Shown: one piece after another, positions 60,899 through 64,000 of the stretch
How positions within the stretch are numbered: the first letter of the stretch is position 1
Layout: every line of letters begins with the position of its first letter
Translations under genes and position numbers: made by a program
The notes under the pieces: model-generated
Told to the model about the DNA's origin: nothing
Seen by the model: the letters and a program-made list of their open reading frames with translations, nothing else
The model's database searches: none
Origin: Psammoneis japonica
Lineage: Eukaryota
Reading direction: 5' to 3'
Assembly: GCA_008632985.1 (NCBI GenBank)
Contig: QPGO01000130.1
Location: forward strand, 62,001 to 126,000
DNA length: 64,000 bases

Positions 60899-61605
60899 GG
60901 TAGGAAGAGCAATCAGTAGTAGAATCCAGAAACAGATATTGTCGCAATAGCAGAATTTTTAGTGGAGTCAGGTACTTTCAAGAAAAGTAATACGTCTACG
61001 CATGGAAAAACATGAGAGTAAAACCTGGGTTACATGTAACGACTACATTTTATTGGCAGAAGGGTTAGGAACAAAGCATCCACGTTGGCAGTTCCCTTTT
61101 TTGGGTTGGCTTCAAACCCCAACGCTGAGTCGACCGATGAGAAGCTGGTAATCCTCGGAGTACATAGTTATGACTGTCTTATTACTGGCATTGAGCATAG
61201 TTTTAACACGACATTCTCCACAATGGGACCATGAATGAGTGTTCATCGACTATTTTGGGTACCGTGGTACCGGTAGAGGCTTCGAGGCGACAGACATCAG
61301 GAACAGCTGCTGCATCCACGCGGTCGCGCCTCTATCAATGACGCAAACTCAACCGGTTAGCCTTGAGCACCCACCGATGACGTCGTTCCAGTAAGAATGC
61401 AATGTAAACGATGAATAGAACACTTTTAGGCTTGTACTGTCGTCCTAACTGAAGACAGTCCATCCATCCCTGCTCATCTTAACCAAAACGAGGGTCGGGC
61501 ATGTAAAACCAAATTGTCTTCTATGGCAAGTTAGTACCATCCCATTATTCCATGTACAGAAAAAAAATGAGGTGCATCCTTTCAAGACTACAAGACTTTC
61601 AAAAG

Positions 61606-62112
61606 CTACTGCAAAACAGTCATCTGGCTTGTTAATATTTTGAAAACGTCACCGCTGTCGCCTCCAAAACCGCCGCTACCACCAAAATCTGGGTACCGGT
61701 ACGCGCTCTTTGGCCGACCCTGTACATTGGTACCGTTTGGTCCGGTCACCGCACTTTGACGGCACTCTTTCGGCCGTTTTCGTCCTCGACAAGTTCGTAC
61801 TCGAAAAAACGAAAAATGTGAGGTGAAAGGTGAACTCAACAAACAACAAAGTGAGAGGGAAAAAGAGTAGGAATTCACAATCAAGACGCACCATGAGAGA
61901 GCGAAATCCCTCGGCATGAGTATTTGAGTGGAGAACAAAGACATTCGTCGGGAATTAGGAAACCAAAGCCCTTCTTTCGCGTCAAACCACCTGACAGTGG
62001 CCAAAAGCTTGGAAGCACCCTTTTTGGAAAAGGCACGGATTCCAGTACATTTTACAGTAAAACCAAAGCTAGAAGCACGCCGGATGGCGCTTGCAGCAAT
62101 GGCACGAAACAT
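61606..62112 (-). CDS. Cold-shock domain protein with mitochondrial presequence (indel-fragmented, one probable intron)
   Basis: MFRAIAASAIRRASSF presequence; TVRWFDAK.G(F)GFL RNP1; VTGPNG.NVQG; Gly-rich tail. Confidence 0.7.
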   Translation of the reverse strand: MFRAIAASAIRRASSFGFTVKCTGIRAFSKKGASKLLATVRWFDAKEGLWFPNSRRMSLFSTQILMPRDFALSWCVLIVNSYSFSLSLCCLLSSPFTSHFSFFRVRTCRGRKRPKECRQSAVTGPNGTNVQGRPKSAYRYPDFGGSGGFGGDSGDVFKILTSQMTVLQ

Positions 62113-62169
62113 GGCACTGCACATGGTTTACATCTTACATGGTTGTTGTTGCTGATATGAATTTTTATT

Positions 62170-63369
62170 GGTTAGTGTCACCAAGTGTGTGCTGGCTCAT
62201 AAAAAAAACACCCACCAGCCAAACAAGAGTGTGGTGGGGGGACAGGCAACCAACTCTGTGGGGGGGCATGCCAAGGGCACTTTTCAGATGACAAGGGTGT
62301 GCCAGCAGGACAGCGCATGAGCCAGAAAGTTTGAAAATTTGACAAAGAGTCTCAAATGACAACAATGGCAGCAAAGGAGATTCAACAATGTGAGGAAAAA
62401 GCTTGGTGGGAGAAAAAAAAGTGGTGGCTGGTGCAGCGTCGCACAGCCAACGCTCAAATGATGACTTTGACTCTAGCCTCAGTCTCTGACTTCTTGGCAC
62501 CTCTCTTTTCCCAGCTGGCCCACCACTGTGAGCTTGTGTTGCACTGACATGTGAGACCAACGCACATCTGCCAGAGAGTGTCCTCCAAGACTCTCTTGGA
62601 CTTGCTTCGTTGGCGAGAAAGTTGCGCGCGGCACCATGTTGTCAAGGAAACAAAAAGTGTGCAGACAGCCTGGGGGCACTGGCTGCAGGTGCTCCTGTGG
62701 AGCTGCTGATGAGAAAACTCAAATCTCAAAGCCAGCTCAATGATGTGGACAACAGACATTTTGTCAAGCCCCAGCTGTTGTGTGTGGTCACCAGCTGGCC
62801 CTGCCCCAGCAGTGCCACAGCCCAAATGTGCTGCTGGCACCGTGCCTTGTTGTTTTGTTTGGGTTGTTGCTCACTTTTCCTGCAACACACATTTTAGTCA
62901 ACTCCAGGGGGGGGGATGCTGTGTTTGCCATCAGAGGGCATGACACCAAGGCATGACACACTGACATCATCCCTGGGTGTGGCAAACAAGTCACTGCTGC
63001 AACATGCGTTGTCATGTGCGCATTGTGTGTGTGTGTCCACACATCAAATAAAAGCACATTTCAATCGCACGTCAATCGTGGGTTCGTACGAAGTGCAGAT
63101 CAGTCACACAGAAGTGATCGGATGTCGAGAATCGCAAATGCGATCGTACGATGATGTTGACATCTTGTGTGTCAATGTCAATCGCACCCGGACAATCTGT
63201 CATCACGATCATATTCTCCGAAAGGCCTTTTGTCTGTGGGAGCAGTGCAAAAGGTTTAGGCTGTTGAGAACCCGTTCGGAGAAACCCAAAATGATTGCGT
63301 GGAAATAATTCTTGTAATTTTCACCTTTTGAACTTCGTTCTACTTTCGTTTGCACTCGTTCTTCGAGCA
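62170..63369. mobile_element. TA-depleted repeat tract, probably including the 5' LTR of the downstream Gypsy
   Basis: Dinucleotide signature; ...gagca|tggtgc junction just upstream of gag. LTR start not defined. Confidence 0.5.
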
Positions 63370-63412
63370 TGGTGCATTGTGTGTGCACACCACAGAAGGC
63401 AATGAGTTCAAG

Positions 63413-64000
63413 ATGAAGCTTTCACCTCATGTGGCCAACGCCAAAACTTCGTTGAGGCAGGAGAAAATCGTCCCTCAACCGCTGGAATCGAACTCCGAGC
63501 CGAAGAGCCTCAAACCGAGCCAGTGCCTCAAGATGGAGCAACGTTTTCATCCCGAGAAGAAGGGTGGCCACACCCACACCATCAATGTTGAGCACTGCAA
63601 GAAACAAGGTGTCCCCAAGCTCATCGAATTTCTCAAGAGCTACGATCAACTTCCAGTGGGCCAGAATGTCAGGAAGCAATCTGATGAGTTTCGTCTCATG
63701 CGCATGTTGCTCCAAGGAGACGCTCTACGTGCTTTCGAGAATGCGGCAGCAAACCTTGAAGACGAATCTGCGGAAGGAAGCTTCGAGAAATGCCTGCAAC
63801 ATCTCACGAGGCATGTGTTTCCCAAGAACGCACTTTCGGTGCAGAAACGTTATTTGCGTCGTGATCTCAAGAAGCCGGAGTCCATGAAAGTACGCGAAAT
63901 TGCTGCTTGGGTCCAGGAAGTCAACGAAGACCTCAAGTTCTATCCTCCCTTTGAGAAGGAACAGAAGATCGAGGACGACGAGCTCAAGGACATCCTCTTC
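63413..64000 (+). mobile_element. Second Ty3/Gypsy gag, runs off the window
   Basis: Open frame from ATG 63413: GQN...FRLMRMLLQGDALRAFENAA...VFPKNALSVQKRYLRR.LKKP..M.VRE...DDELKDIL, homologous to gag at 34074-34919. Confidence 0.85.

Noticed and set aside
44002..62112. Frameshifts in many host genes read as pseudogenisation or programmed frameshifting
   Set aside because: Single-base indels occur across unrelated, otherwise well-conserved genes, so assembly indel error is the simpler explanation; needs read/cDNA check.

Overview
Eukaryotic genomic DNA, most likely from a diatom. This is inferred from the short GT-AG introns, CoDi-like Copia elements, diatom-type Gypsy gag and an organelle-targeted UvrB-UvrC fusion. 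Islands of ordinary genes alternate with transposon-derived tracts. The genes encode a JmjC protein, an ATP23-like protein, a giant FG-GAP beta-propeller membrane protein, an RBR E3 ligase, a SnoaL-like protein, an LRR-ROC-COR-TIR protein, a GPI-type Cys-rich protein, a protein with a histone-H3-tail mimic, a ricin-B lectin, UvrB-UvrC and a cold-shock protein. The main observation is a TpA-directed hypermutation signature confined to the transposon tracts: TA is almost absent, apparently converted to TG or CA (A>G on either strand). Conserved Tyr becomes Cys/His and TAA/TAG stops disappear, which is the opposite direction to fungal RIP. A complete Copia (276-bp LTRs, TSD CGCAG) is nested in a complete Gypsy (430-bp LTRs, TSD GGAG). 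Their sister LTRs differ by TA/TG/CA swaps, which points to a post-integration, DNA-level process. Surviving TA is mostly in TTA/TAA context, and sharply bounded unmutated islands lie inside the elements. Many host genes carry single-base frameshifts, suggesting an indel-prone assembly, so a base-calling artefact must be excluded with short reads. All family calls rest on motif recognition by eye; no searches were run.
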